A DNA stretch of 36,634 nt from a virus. Taxonomy: Duplodnaviria; Caudoviricetes. This document shows positions 35,870 to 36,634 of this stretch, in pieces; the first letter of the stretch is position 1; each line of letters starts with the position of its first letter. The notes beneath the pieces were generated by a model. That model made no database searches and was not told where the DNA came from. It was given only the letters and a program-made list of their open reading frames with translations. The DNA is taken from IMG/VR virus record IMGVR_UViG_3300011339_000950, positions 1 to 36,634 of that record. One strand, 5' to 3'. The position numbers were made by a program, and so were the translations under genes.

Positions 35870-36333
35870 TATTCACAAAGTAAGTTTTTATAGATATAAT
35901 TCTTAGTTACCCCTCTAATTCTAGAAACTAGAAATCCATCATGGTATAATCTTATAATTAATCTACCAAAAGTTTCAACCAAAGATTCTCTGTATCGAAC
36001 AGGTTCACAACATAAGTAGATATACCCTAGTGGACTTCTACTACACTTTTCCATGTATCCTACTAATAAGTGTTTTCTTATTAATAGAGGAATCTTTTCT
36101 AACTCTCCTGGGATAATATCCAACAACTGCTCTAGACAATACGCTGGATAACATTCATCGCCTAAATCATCAAAAGAAATTATCTTTCCAGTTTTATTGT
36201 AATAAACTAATCCCTTCTTAGAGAGACCTAGTTTAGACAACTTCCTAGATAACTCAAATGAAGTGATGTCGTACGCAGGAGTAATCTCGACTGCTGGCTT
36301 ACGCCGAACGGTCGGTGTAGCTTTCTTTCTCAT
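35869..36333 (-). CDS. Hypothetical phage protein
   Basis: ITSFELSRKLSKLGL...PAYCLEQLLDIIP; ORF track. Confidence 0.55.
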   Translation of the reverse strand: MRKKATPTVRRKPAVEITPAYDITSFELSRKLSKLGLSKKGLVYYNKTGKIISFDDLGDECYPAYCLEQLLDIIPGELEKIPLLIRKHLLVGYMEKCSRSPLGYIYLCCEPVRYRESLVETFGRLIIRLYHDGFLVSRIRGVTKNYIYKNLLCE

Positions 36334-36334
36334 A

Positions 36335-36634
36335 TTAATTATTTTGTAGCAAAATTAAAAGTTCTTGTACTTTATTATCAACTCTACTACTACACAATCT
36401 ACCATAATTTTCAATCATAGTAGAGTGTCTTATTCTTATAAACTTATATTCACTAAAATATCGCTGTATCTCTTCTTGTCTTATTATGTCTCGCTTAGTA
36501 AGCTCTCCAGATTTTTCAAAATGATGATCTTCGTCCCATTCTATTATAATTTTTAAAGAAAAATTAATATAATCCAACCAATAACCTAAATCCTTTATCA
36601 AGAATTCATTTGGATTACCAGCATAAACCCCAAT
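36335..36634 (-). CDS. C-terminal part of a PD-(D/E)XK/Vsr-like (DUF559-like) endonuclease; begins outside the window
   Basis: The frame stays open to the window edge (IGVYAGNPNEF-LIKDLGYWLDY); motifs EF....GY..D, IEWDE.HH, D..RQ..I, FIRI. Confidence 0.7.
   Translation of the reverse strand: MGVYAGNPNEFLIKDLGYWLDYINFSLKIIIEWDEDHHFEKSGELTKRDIIRQEEIQRYFSEYKFIRIRHSTMIENYGRLCSSRVDNKVQELLILLQNN

Noticed and set aside
94-36556. All plus-strand ORFs in the track (for example 2338-2649, 9950-10345, 14010-14459, 33429-33674)
   Set aside because: They lie antisense to well-supported minus-strand genes, have shadow-like composition and show no recognisable motifs.
1-36634. Stop-codon reassignment
   Set aside because: Conserved structural genes are full length under the standard code, and TAA, TAG and TGA all end genes at sensible boundaries.

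Overview
An AT-rich segment of a large lytic myovirus genome with T4-like structural proteins. Essentially all genes are on the minus strand. Read right to left, it holds: accessory genes (a truncated PD-(D/E)XK-like nuclease, an Acb1/gp57B-like 2H phosphoesterase, membrane proteins); a head module (portal, prohead protease fused to an acidic scaffold-like region, major capsid protein, neck proteins); a contractile tail (terminator, sheath, tube, second tube-like protein, chaperone/hub protein, tape measure); a baseplate (gp48-, gp53-, gp27-, gp5-, gp25-, gp6-, gp7-like); two paralogous tail fibres with a chaperone; a permuted papain-like amidase; and a holin-like gene running off the left edge. 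Most notable: (1) one ~85-aa beta-rich module is inserted into the capsid and the sheath (24/28 identical core) and, split by a discoidin-like domain, into the baseplate wedge; (2) a hidden +1-frame ORF inside the gene before the tape measure suggests programmed frameshifting; (3) a 19-aa peptide is identical, with only synonymous DNA changes, in the protease-scaffold and an acidic 351-aa protein; (4) a GACTnGT motif lies 35-37 nt upstream of four start codons; (5) long hairpins abut the starts of two membrane-protein genes; (6) Shine-Dalgarno sequences appear absent. No tRNA, rRNA, CRISPR array, integrase or terminase was recognised. All family assignments come from motif recognition by eye and gene order, not from database searches.
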